A stretch of DNA of 64,000 nt, from NCBI GenBank assembly GCA_963703985.1, contig CAVPGH010000001.1, positions 3,051,338-3,115,337 on the forward strand. The letters are read 5' to 3'. Within the stretch, counting starts at the first letter, position 1; the number at the start of each line of letters is the position of its first letter. This stretch comes from an uncultured Acidobacteriota bacterium. GTDB lineage: Bacteria; Acidobacteriota; Vicinamibacteria; Fen-336. This document shows, one piece after another, positions 37,401 through 45,466 of this stretch. The position numbers and the translations under genes are program-made. The notes below the pieces were generated by a model. That model was not told where the DNA came from, ran no database searches, and saw only the letters and a program-made list of their open reading frames with translations.

Positions 37401-38174
37401 AGGACATCACGGAGCGGGCCCGCTCCGAAGAGGCCTTCCGCCGACAGCTGGAGCAGCTCGCCCATGCCTCGAGGGTGCTGACCCTGGGGGAGCTGGCCGC
37501 CGCCATCGCCCACGAGGTGAACCAGCCCCTCACCGCGATCCTGAGCACGGCCCAGGCCGCTCTCCGCCTTCACGCGCCTTCGGATGCGAAGGGGGACGAT
37601 GTGGGCAACGCCTTGAGCGACATTGCCGCGAGCGCACGGCGGGGAGGCGACATCGTCTGGAAGCTGCAGGACCTCGTCCGGAAGGGGAGCTCGAAGCGGG
37701 AGGGCCTCGACGTCAACGCCGCGATCCGGGGACTCGAGCCGCTCCTGCACGCCGGAGCCATGGAGAGCGACGTGAGGATCGAGCTCGACCTCGAGCCCGA
37801 CCTCCGCCCGGTCGAGGGCGACTCTGATCCAGATCCAGCAAGTGGTCCTGAATCTCGCCCGAAATGCCTTCGACGCGATGAAGCCGGTGCCCCGCGCCGC
37901 GCGGCGAGTGCTCATCCGCACACGGCTACGGGACGACGCGGTCGTGGTCGAAGTATCGGACGGCGGGCCCCCGGTCGATGAAGAGGCGTTCTCCCGCCTC
38001 TTCATGCCCTTCTTCTCGACGAAGGCCGAGGGGCTGGGGATGGGGCTCTCGATCTGCCGCTCGATCGTGGAGTCGCACGGAGGACGGATCGCCGGCGAGC
38101 GCAACCCGGAGGGCGGCCTGACCGTTCGCTTCACGATACCGCTGCCCTCCGCGACGGTCGGGATGGGAGCATAA
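34469..38174 (+). pseudogene. Hybrid-type sensor histidine kinase with periplasmic two-component-regulator propeller repeats, Y_Y_Y-like region, TM, PAS, HisKA and HATPase_c; one +1 frameshift as assembled
   Basis: ORF 34469..37981 has many repeats of the form LWVGTxxGLxRxD. It also has a TM segment (WWFRLLTVLAVTAGLMG), a PAS-like region and an H-box (AAAIAHEVNQPLTAI). The frame breaks at about 37826. ORF 37842..38174 continues as IQIQQVVLNLARNAFDAM...DGGPPV...FFSTKAEGLGMGLSICRSIVESHGG (N, G1 and G2 boxes). Confidence 0.8.
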
Positions 38175-38187
38175 TGTCGGGGCACGC

Positions 38188-38877
38188 ATGCCTGACCGGA
38201 AACCTGCCACGATCGACGTGGTGGCCGGAGAGGGTACGATCTTCCTGGTCGACGACGACCCCTCCGTCTGCAAAGCGCTCCGCCTCCTCCTCCGCGCGGC
38301 CGGTCACGAGGTAGAGGCCTTCACGTCCGCCGAGGCGTTCCTCGGCGCCGCCCTCCCCGATCGTGGGCCCCGCTGCCTCGTTCTCGACCTGAAGATGCCC
38401 AGGATGAGCGGCCTCGAGCTCCAGCAACGACTCGCGGGGCAGGGCCTCGACCTGCCCATCGTCTTCATCAGCGCGCACGCCGACTTCGACAGCGGCGTGC
38501 GGGCGCTGAAGGGCGGGGCCGTCGACTTCCTGCGCAAGCCGTTCACCGAGCGCGACCTTCTCGACGCCATCGGGCGGGCCCTCGAGCACGACCGAGCCCG
38601 GCGGGGGGAGCGCCTCGAGCGCGAGGCGCTCGAAGCAAGGTCCCGTGAGCTCACCCCGCGGGAGCGCGAGGTCTTCGCGCTGGTCGCCGCCGGGCTCGCC
38701 AACAAGCGGGTAGGGGCCGACCTGGGCGCCGCCGAGGCCACGATCAAGCTCCACCGGGCCCGGGTGATGCAGAAAATGAAGGCGGCGTCCCTTGCGGATC
38801 TCGTACGCATGGCCGACAAGCTCGGCTTCCGGGGCCAGCCGTCAGCCGGCCCGCCCACCCAAGCGAAACAGGGCTAG
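38188..38877 (+). CDS. FixJ/LuxR-family response regulator
   Basis: ORF 38188..38877 has a receiver domain (IFLVDDDPSV...LVLDLKMPRMSGLEL...PIVFISAHAD). It also has a LuxR HTH (LTPREREVFALVAAGLANKRVGADLGAAEATIKLHRARVMQKM). Confidence 0.85.
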   Translation: MPDRKPATIDVVAGEGTIFLVDDDPSVCKALRLLLRAAGHEVEAFTSAEAFLGAALPDRGPRCLVLDLKMPRMSGLELQQRLAGQGLDLPIVFISAHADFDSGVRALKGGAVDFLRKPFTERDLLDAIGRALEHDRARRGERLEREALEARSRELTPREREVFALVAAGLANKRVGADLGAAEATIKLHRARVMQKMKAASLADLVRMADKLGFRGQPSAGPPTQAKQG

Positions 38878-38957
38878 ATCCGACCAAAGTCGTACACGAC
38901 CAAGGTCCTATTGCCTCCCCGCCCGGGGATACATAGCTTTGAGTTGGTTTTCACCGG

Positions 38958-39434
38958 GTGGGACCTTTGATCGTGGACACGGCGGGCAGTCGACCATCTC
39001 TGGCCCAGCCGGCAGAGCGGGAATGCGCGTCCTACGGGCGGCAGCTGGCCCGGGACGCCGCGACTTGGTTGCAGGAGCATCTGACGGAAGCCCTGACCGT
39101 CCGTGACCTCTGTCGGGCCCTGAACGTCCGCGAGCGGACCCTGCACGCCTCGTTCCAGGAATACCTGGGAACGACGCCCAAAGCCTATTTCAAGTCCTTG
39201 CGCCTTTCGGCAGCCCGTCGGGATCTGCTCCGCGCGCAGGACGGGACCCGGGTCACGGACGTCGCCCTGTACTGGGGCTTCCTTCATTTCGGGTGGTTCT
39301 CGCACGACTACCGCCGGTTCTGGGGCGAGACGCCGAGCGAGACGCTGCGCCGCCGTGGGGGTCTCGTCCACACCGGGGCCGCGGGTCCCGTGGTCGGCCG
39401 CTCCACCTCCAGGTGGTACCCGCTCGCCGGCTAG
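38958..39434 (+). CDS. AraC-family HTH domain protein (DNA-binding domain only)
   Basis: ORF 38958..39434. The segment LTVRDLCRALNVRERTLHASFQEYLGTTPKAYFKSLRLSAARRDLL...VTDVALYWGFLHFGWFSHDYRRFWGETPSETL is the double HTH of AraC/XylS regulators. No ligand-binding domain precedes it. The start is uncertain. Confidence 0.65.
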   Translation: MGPLIVDTAGSRPSLAQPAERECASYGRQLARDAATWLQEHLTEALTVRDLCRALNVRERTLHASFQEYLGTTPKAYFKSLRLSAARRDLLRAQDGTRVTDVALYWGFLHFGWFSHDYRRFWGETPSETLRRRGGLVHTGAAGPVVGRSTSRWYPLAG

Positions 39435-39492
39435 CGGCGCGGACCGCGAGAGAGTCTCCGGGTCCGTCTGGCCCGAACAAGAGGTGAGCAAG

Positions 39493-40116
39493 ATGAAAGA
39501 CCGAACCTCGTACCGGCGGCTCGTGCCGATGTCCTTGCTGGGCCTTCTGGCCCTGCCGCTCCCCTCCTCCCTCGACGCCAAGGAGGAGGCGCTGCTGCGT
39601 CTGCGCGCGTTCACCGTCAGCATGCAGCAGGGAAAGGCGGGCATGCTCAACATCACGATCGAGCGCTGGTCCACCCCCGAGGAGATCGCGAGCCTAAAGG
39701 CCATCCTCGTGGAGAAGGACGATGACGCGCTGCTCAAGGCCCTCGAGAACATCAAGCCCCGGTGCGGCTTCGTCTCCACCAACATGAGCCTCGGCTGGGA
39801 TCTCTACGCCGCGGTGGAGAGGCCGCTGCCCGACGGCGTGGGCAAGAAGATCGTCCTGGCCAGCAACCGGCCGACGAGCTTCTGGGAGCTTCGGAACAAC
39901 ACCCGCTCGACGGACTACCAGTTCATGGTCGCCGAGATCCGGCTGAACAAGCCGGCCAAGGACGGCGGCCTCAAGGGCGAAGGCAAGCTCGCCCCGGCCA
40001 TGAAGGTGACCTACAACCAGAAGACCAAGACGATCGAGCTCGAGAACTACGGTCAGGAGCCGCTGCGGCTCACGAACGTGGAGGTGGACTTCCCGAAACC
40101 CACGAAGGAGAAGTAG
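39493..40116 (+). CDS. Secreted hypothetical protein (paralogue of 47202..47819)
   Basis: This is ORF 39355..40116 taken from the ATG at 39493. It has a signal peptide (LVPMSLLGLLALPLPSS). See the paralogue finding for the alignment. Confidence 0.6.
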   Translation: MKDRTSYRRLVPMSLLGLLALPLPSSLDAKEEALLRLRAFTVSMQQGKAGMLNITIERWSTPEEIASLKAILVEKDDDALLKALENIKPRCGFVSTNMSLGWDLYAAVERPLPDGVGKKIVLASNRPTSFWELRNNTRSTDYQFMVAEIRLNKPAKDGGLKGEGKLAPAMKVTYNQKTKTIELENYGQEPLRLTNVEVDFPKPTKEK

Positions 40117-40135
40117 GCGTTCCGGAGGATCTGGA

Positions 40136-42584
40136 ATGAGCGCGCGGAAGTCGCTCGACGGCCTCCTGGTCGTATTCCTCGCCGTTGCCGCGGCAGGAAT
40201 GATGCAATCGCAGGACGGCGAGCCGCCGTCCGCGACGGAGGTGACTCCGGACCCCTGGCCCAAGTCGGCGAATGCCGGCGGCGCTGCATACACGCTGTAC
40301 CACCCCCAGCTGGACAGCTGGGACGGCTACCAGATCGCGGTCCGCGCCGCCGCCTCCGTGCTGCCGGCGGGGGCCAAGGATCCCGTCTTCGGCGTGCTCG
40401 AGATCACCGCGGTCACGAGCGTGGATCGGATCGCGCGGGTCGTGAGCTTCGAGTCGATCGCCGTCCGGAAGGCCACCTTCCCGTCCGCGCCCCAGACCGC
40501 CGGCGCTTACCAGGCGGAATTCCAGTCGATCCTTCGGCAGGGGCCGGCCACCATGTCCCTCGATCGGCTCCAAGCGTCCCTCGCCGTCGTGGGCGCGAGG
40601 AAGACGGGGCGGACCATTCCCGTCCAGAACGAGCCGCCCGCATTCGTCTTCACGCAGGACGCGGCGGTCCTCGTCTCTCTCGCCGGCCCGCCGGTCTGGA
40701 CCACGGCCGGCAAGGACCTCGAGCGCGTGCTCAACACCCGCGCCCTGGTGCTGCGCGACAAGGAAGGCAGCCTGTACATCCACCTCTTCGACGGGTTCGT
40801 CGAGGCCAAGGCGCTGGGAGGGCCGTGGAAGGACGCGAAGCATCCGCCGAAGGGGGCGGCCGAGGTCGCGCAGCAGCTCGCGAGCCAGAACCTCGTGGAC
40901 CTGATGGAGGGACCGCCCGAGGGCGAGAAGCCCTCGCTCAAGAAGGGTGTGCCCGAGGTGGTGGTGGCGACCACACCCACGGAGCTGATCGTGACCCAGG
41001 GCATTCCGACCTGGCTGCCCCTCGAAGGCACGAACCTCCTCTACGTGGCCAACACCACCGCCAACCTCTTCAAGGACCTCGACGACCAGCAGACCTACGT
41101 GCTCGTCACCGGTCGCTGGTTCAAGGCGACCGGCTTCACCGGCCCCTGGCAGTACGTGCCGGGCAAGGACCTGCCCGTGGACTTCGCGCGCATCCCGGAC
41201 GACAGCCCGAAGGAGAACGTGAAAGCCTCGGTGCCGGGGACGCCCCAGGCGGAGGACGGAGCCATCGCGGCCGAGATCCCGCAGACCGCGAGGATCGAGC
41301 GCGCGAAAGCGCAGTTCCAGCCGAAGATCGACGGCGCTCCCCGGCTGAAGCCGATCACCGGCACCCCGCTCCAGTACGTGTACAACTCGGCCAATCCGAT
41401 CATCCAGGTGTCGCCCACGCAGTGGTACGCGGTCGACAACGCAGTGTGGTTCACCGCGGCGTCGCTGCAGGGGCCGTGGGCGGTGGCGGGCTCGGTTCCC
41501 GCGGTGATCTACTCGATCCCGCCCAGCTCGCCGCTCTACTACGTGACCTACGTGCAGGTCTATGCGAGCACGCCCGAGTACGTGGTCGCGGGCTACACCC
41601 CCGGCTACCAGGGGGCGATCGTGACCGCGGACGGGGTGGTGGTGTACGGCACCGGCTACACCTACGTGCCCTACATCGCTTCCACGTTCTGGTACCCGCC
41701 CCCCGTCACCTACGGCTATGCCGTCAACATGACCTACACGCCCTGGACGGGCTGGGCTTTCGGCTTCGGCATGGGCTGGGCCGCCGCGAGCATGGCCTAT
41801 CCCGCCTACGGCTGGGGCTGCGCGCCCTATTACGGCGCCGCCTACAGCGGCTACGCCTACGGGGCCTACGGCGGCGCCGCGGCCTGGGGCCCGGGCGGCT
41901 GGGCCGCGACCACCGGCAACGTGTACTCGCACTACGGAGCCACGAGTGCGGTCACCCGGTCCTCGGCGGGATACAACGCGTGGACGGGCAACGCCTGGAG
42001 CAGCAAGGTCGGCACGTCCTACAACTCCGTGACCGGGACGCGCGTCGGCCGGCCAGAGCGCATCCGTCGCCAACGCCTACACCGGGGGCTACGCGTACGG
42101 AAATCGGGGCGCCACGTACAACCCGACGACGGGAGTGGCCGCCGAGGGCGGGCGCGCGACCGTGGGCAACGCCTACACGGGCCAGCAGGCGACGGTGGGG
42201 CGGGCGACGGTCAGCGGGCCGGGCGGCGAGACCGCGCACGTGGCGCAGGTGAACAACAACTACTACGCCGACCACGACGGGAACGTGTACCGGTCGCAGG
42301 ACGGCGGCAGCGTCCAGAAGTACGGCGGCGACGGCGGCTGGAGCGACGTGGACCGGAGCCAGATGCAGTCGTCAATGCAGTCCGAGGAGCAGGCGCGGGC
42401 GTCGGGGGATGCTCGCTCCGCCGGCTCCGCCTGGGGCGGTGGCGGCGACTGGGGCGGCGGCTTCGACCACGGCGGTGGTGGCGGCGGCTGGGGCCAGAGC
42501 GGCCGGAGCTGGGGCGGCGGCGGCTTTGGAGGAGGACACTGGGGCGGGGGCGGCGGCTTCGGCGGGTTCCGCGGGCGGCGCTAG
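40136..42584 (+). pseudogene. Large secreted hypothetical protein with aromatic/Gly-rich C-terminal half; one +1 frameshift as assembled
   Basis: ORF 40136..42907 is protein-like up to about 42050 (...SYNSVTGTRVG). The same protein continues in the frame of ORF 42135..42584. My translation across the junction gives GQSASVANAYTGGYAYGNRGATYNPTTGVAAEGGRATVGNAYTGQQATVGRATV...NNNYYADHDGNVYR. The protein ends in a GGGGWG/GGFGG tail. Confidence 0.65.
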
Positions 42585-43888
42585 GACGGCCGAGATCGCC
42601 GAACCGCCTTGCGGTAGATCAGCTGGTAGACGAAGGGGTACGCGGCGAGGCCCACGATGAACACGACCGCGTGGCGGTGATCCGGTTGACCGCCGAGCTG
42701 GACGAGCATGGTGCCCAGGGCCGCGAAGCAGGCCACCGCGGCGATCACGGAGATCCAGCGCCGGCTTGCCGTCTTCTGGGCGAGCTTCGCGTTCGCCACG
42801 TTGACCATGGCGAAGACCATCAGGAAGCCGGCGCTGCCCGCGGCGGAGATCGCGTGCGCGTCCAGGAAGCGCGCCACGAGGAGCGCGAGCAACGCGATCA
42901 CGAATAGCCCGGTGGGGTGCCGGCCCCAGGTCTCGCGCGCATATCGCCGCGGGAACTCCCCCTCCTCCGCGAGGATCACCGGGAGCTGGGAGGCGCCGAA
43001 GAAGTCCGCGTTGATCGCGGAGGCCGCCGCCAGCACCGCGCCCGAGGCGAGGAGCGCGAACCCGAACGCGCCCATGAAGGTCTCGGCGGCCGCGCAGAGC
43101 GAGTAGTCCCGCGCGCGCGCGAGCGCGTCGAAGGGCAGGTGGCCGATCGTCACCACCACGATCAGCACGTACAGCGCGATGGCGGCGAGGATGCTCCCGT
43201 AGTAGGCGTAGGGAAGCGTCCGCTCCGGGTCCTTGACGCGGTCCGAGGCGTTGGCGATCAGCTCGAAGCCCTCGTAGCTCAGGAACACCAGCATGCCGCT
43301 GCCGACCACGTCCGCGAGCGGCGGCCAATCGCCGGGGTCGAGCCGCCCGAGCGTGAGCCCTCGGCTCGCGAGCCCCCCGACGACGAAGACGGCCAGGATG
43401 CCCAGCTTGCCCGCGTTGAAGAGACCCTCCGACCTCTCGACGAGGCCGGGGCCCACGAGGTTGACGAGGGCGAGGAGGACGATGACCGCGGAAGCGAGCG
43501 TGGGTTGCCAGGAAGCGCGGGAGGCGGCGGGGAGAAAGGTCGTGCCGTAGGTCGCGAACGCGCTGGCGTAGAGGGCCATGATCACCACGTAGCTCAGCAC
43601 GAGCAGCATGTTGAGGCCCCCGGCAAAGATCCCCGCCCCGAAGGCGTGGTTCACGAACGTGACCGTCCCTCCCTTGCCGGGATAGGTCACGGAGAGGCGC
43701 ACGTACGAGTAGGCGGTGAGCAGCGCCACCAGTCCCCCGATGACGAACGACACGTGGGTGGCGCCGCGGGCCTCCGAGCCGGCGAGGCCGAGCGTCGCGA
43801 AGATCCCGCCCCCCACGATCCCGCCGATCCCGATCGAGAAGGCGCCGGCGATGCCGAGGTCGCGGTGTTGGCCCGGGGTCGTGGTCAT
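42581..43888 (-). CDS. APC-superfamily amino acid permease
   Basis: ORF 42581..43888 has 12 TM segments. The N-terminus LGIAGAFSIGIGGIVGGGIFATLG and the segment VFLSYEGFELIANASDRVKDP are APC family hallmarks. Confidence 0.8.
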   Translation of the reverse strand: MTTTPGQHRDLGIAGAFSIGIGGIVGGGIFATLGLAGSEARGATHVSFVIGGLVALLTAYSYVRLSVTYPGKGGTVTFVNHAFGAGIFAGGLNMLLVLSYVVIMALYASAFATYGTTFLPAASRASWQPTLASAVIVLLALVNLVGPGLVERSEGLFNAGKLGILAVFVVGGLASRGLTLGRLDPGDWPPLADVVGSGMLVFLSYEGFELIANASDRVKDPERTLPYAYYGSILAAIALYVLIVVVTIGHLPFDALARARDYSLCAAAETFMGAFGFALLASGAVLAAASAINADFFGASQLPVILAEEGEFPRRYARETWGRHPTGLFVIALLALLVARFLDAHAISAAGSAGFLMVFAMVNVANAKLAQKTASRRWISVIAAVACFAALGTMLVQLGGQPDHRHAVVFIVGLAAYPFVYQLIYRKAVRRSRPS

Positions 43889-45222
43889 GGCGCGGAACCC
43901 TGCCCGGTGACGCTGGAGACGCCGGTCGCACGGGACTGGAGCCTCTCCCGGACCAGCGAGAGGTGATGCCGGAAGGTATAGAGGAGTGGGGCGAAGGGTC
44001 CGGGAATCCGGAGGCGGTTCGCGCGTCTCTCCAGCTCGTCGAGACGGACGAGCAGGGCGCTGGCCTCTCCGCTTGCGCCCTCGGCCTCCATCTCGAGGAG
44101 CTTGAGCTCGCCGTAGAGGCGTACGATCCGCCGCCGCATGCTCCAGGCATAGAGAGGCGGCAGGAAGCGCAGCATCGGATAGACGACGCCCGCGAACGGA
44201 ATGAGCAGCACCACCAGATGCTCCCCGAGCACGGCCAGCCAGAAGGGAAGATGGCGCTGGAGCCAGGGGCGGCCCGACTTGTAGAAGTGGCGGGCGTCCT
44301 CGCTGAGGGGGACGTCGATGCCCTCGGGCGCGGGGAACTGCCCGGCCTTCTGGAAGACGTCCGGGGCGGTGTGGATCTCCGAGGCGGCTTCGAGGAGTAG
44401 GAACTGGAGCGCAGGGTGCAGGTCCCGGCGAACCACCAGGCTCGCCTTGGGTGCCAGCAGCACCACGTCCGCGGGTGGGAGGTTCCGGGCGAGGTCGCCC
44501 ACGCCCGCGGGCAGCACCAGCTTGTTCAGGTAGGGCTGGAGCGCAATGAACGCGTCCGCCCGTGCGAAGCTCGCGAGCACGACTTCCGGATTGGCGAGGA
44601 GCTGGCGCACCACGGGAGCGTCCCAGGAGGTCAGCATCGCGGCGGCGTCGATGTCGCCGCGGAGGAGCTTCTGCGCCGCCTCTTCGGGGGCGAGGGAGAA
44701 GAGGGTCAGGCTATTCGTGTCGATTCCATCCAGGGCCAGGAGCCGAAGCGCGAGCATGCGCGTGCCGCTACCCTCCGGACCCAGCGAGGCTCGCTTGCCC
44801 CTCAGGTCCTGAAGGCGGGGGCCTTGGGCCGGCCCCCGAAAGAAGACCCAGAACGGCTCGTAGAAGACGGAGCCGAGGGAGGCGAGATCGGGGGAGTCCG
44901 GGGCGGTGGTGGCGCCCGCCTGCACGAAGGCGACGCTGACCCCCGAGCGGGCATCGCGGAGGCGGGCCAGGTTCTCGAGCGCGCCCGCGGTCGGGAGCAG
45001 CCGAAGCGTTATGCCCGCGCGAGCCAGGATCTCGCGGTAGCGCGGGCCGAGCTGCGCGTACGCCCCTCCCTCCGGGCCAGTGGCCATCACCAGCGTGCGC
45101 GGCGGCATCGGGCGCTGGAGCGCGAGGAGCCAGGCGAGGGCGGCCGCCACGAGCACCGCCGCCACGAGCACCGCCGTCCAGGGGCGGAACCAGAAAGCCC
45201 GGGAGTGGAAGGGCGTGGACAT
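43885..45222 (-). CDS. TAXI-family (TRAP-type) solute-binding-like protein with N-terminal TM anchor and C-terminal TM plus coiled-coil extension
   Basis: This is ORF 43885..45609 taken from MSTPFHSRAFWFRPWTAVLVAAVLVAAALAWLLAL. The core segments LVMATGPEGGAYAQLGPRYREILARAGITLRLLPTAGALENLARL...VAFVQAG...SLGPEGSGTR resemble TAXI/NMT1-type receptors. The C-terminus has WLAVLGEHLVVLLIPFAGVVYPMLRF and then a helical tail. The stop overlaps the permease start (ATGA). Confidence 0.6.
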   Translation of the reverse strand: MSTPFHSRAFWFRPWTAVLVAAVLVAAALAWLLALQRPMPPRTLVMATGPEGGAYAQLGPRYREILARAGITLRLLPTAGALENLARLRDARSGVSVAFVQAGATTAPDSPDLASLGSVFYEPFWVFFRGPAQGPRLQDLRGKRASLGPEGSGTRMLALRLLALDGIDTNSLTLFSLAPEEAAQKLLRGDIDAAAMLTSWDAPVVRQLLANPEVVLASFARADAFIALQPYLNKLVLPAGVGDLARNLPPADVVLLAPKASLVVRRDLHPALQFLLLEAASEIHTAPDVFQKAGQFPAPEGIDVPLSEDARHFYKSGRPWLQRHLPFWLAVLGEHLVVLLIPFAGVVYPMLRFLPPLYAWSMRRRIVRLYGELKLLEMEAEGASGEASALLVRLDELERRANRLRIPGPFAPLLYTFRHHLSLVRERLQSRATGVSSVTGQGSAP

Positions 45223-45283
45223 ATCGCGTTCTCGTGGCGGCCGGGAGTCTAGCACCGTCGTCTGTCCTGATCGGGGTGTGTGT

Positions 45284-45336
45284 ACTCCCGAGGGACTCCC
45301 GAGTGTTACCTTTCGTACTCGTTCTGGAACGAGTAG
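45284..45336. promoter_or_regulatory. Direct repeat pair and 9-bp-arm palindrome in a divergent intergenic region (operator candidates)
   Basis: ACTCCCGAG occurs at 45284-45292 and again at 45295-45303, an 11-nt period. TACTCGTTC tgg GAACGAGTA at 45316-45336 is a perfect inverted repeat. The near-inverse CCGGGAGTC is at 45241-45249. Confidence 0.4.
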
Positions 45337-45369
45337 ACCACGGGCGCCGGCGAGGACGGTCGCCCCCTG

Positions 45370-45410
45370 CGGTTTTCGGATAGCCCTTTCCGACCGCCGC
45401 CGGTTATGGT
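45370..45410 (+). promoter_or_regulatory. Shared promoter-like motif, copy 1 (CGGTTTTCGGATAG ... TATGGT)
   Basis: The box is at 45370-45383 and the TAnnnT hexamer at 45405-45410, 35 nt from box start to hexamer start. It lies 57 nt upstream of the 45467 ATG. Confidence 0.5.
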
Positions 45411-45466
45411 CGGTTCCTGCTGTGGCCGGCTCTTCGTTCGGGCTCCACACCTGAGGAGGAGATGGG

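Noticed and set aside
38941-38975. GGTTTTCACCGG followed by GATCGTGG, which superficially resembles the shared promoter box.
   Set aside because: It lacks the GGATAG core, and the distance to the TAnnnT-like element is about 11 nt shorter than in the four good copies. A similar GTTTTCACCGG at 61305 and CAGCGTTTTC at 61333 fail for the same reason.
42410-42580. A GGCGGC-rich tract at the end of the 40136 gene.
   Set aside because: It codes for the Gly/Trp-rich C-terminal tail (GGGGDWGGGF...). It is not a non-coding repeat.
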